A stretch of DNA of 64,000 nucleotides from Batkoa obscura (taxonomy: Eukaryota), in assembly GCA_030770535.1 (NCBI GenBank), contig JASVEC010000018.1:868001-932000 (forward strand), written 5' to 3'. A model generated the notes under the pieces. That model saw nothing but the letters and a program-made list of their open reading frames with translations, did no database searches and had not been told where the DNA came from. Positions 63,741-64,000 of the stretch are shown one piece after another (position 1 is the stretch's first letter; each line of letters begins with the position of its first letter). The position numbers and the translations under genes were made by a program.

Positions 63741-64000
63741 ATATATTTTTAAAAGATACTAAGTTACTGGAGAAAGTATCATCTTATTTTCTATTTAAAA
63801 GTTAGTCAATATTTTTTAAGATTGTAAGCTTGATAGCTTTAATGAAAAGCAGTAAAATTTCCTTACTCCTAAAAATTAAGTATGGTCAATATGTGTGTTA
63901 TGTATGGGGTCAATACCATCTTATTCAAACAACCAACTGAATGTAAAGTTGTTACAAATTTAACCAATAGAAATCAATAAAACGTCATAAAAAATTTAAG

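Overview
Very AT-rich eukaryotic DNA with short (about 45-60 nt) GT-AG introns. Gene content suggests an early-diverging fungus, possibly Entomophthoromycotina/Zoopagomycota (inference only). Conserved housekeeping genes: a MIC12/QIL1-like gene, RRS1, tRNA-Leu(AAG), a TFIIIC delta subunit, NSA1, an HSV2/WIPI3-type PROPPIN and a MAPEG gene. Between them lie several locally expanded birth-and-death families. (1) Six IS630-Tc1-mariner (D34E) transposase-derived genes, five in a head-to-tail array of about 1.35 kb period; all have lost the first catalytic Asp, show no TIRs, and two remain intact. This is the best candidate for an undescribed domesticated-transposase system. (2) Six secreted Pro/Tyr-rich PPSY-repeat proteins with an N-terminal DY, a C-terminal Tyr and a shared upstream motif. 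(3) Two cAMP-receptor/Git3-like GPCR paralogues with different intron content. (4) Six LITAF-like genes/pseudogenes with a CxxE knuckle. (5) A CBM19-like gene and its pseudogene. About 30 copies of a ~100 bp MITE (GRG...CYC ends, 4-bp AWWT-type TSD) are scattered through the window, including a nested copy. All alignments were made by eye.
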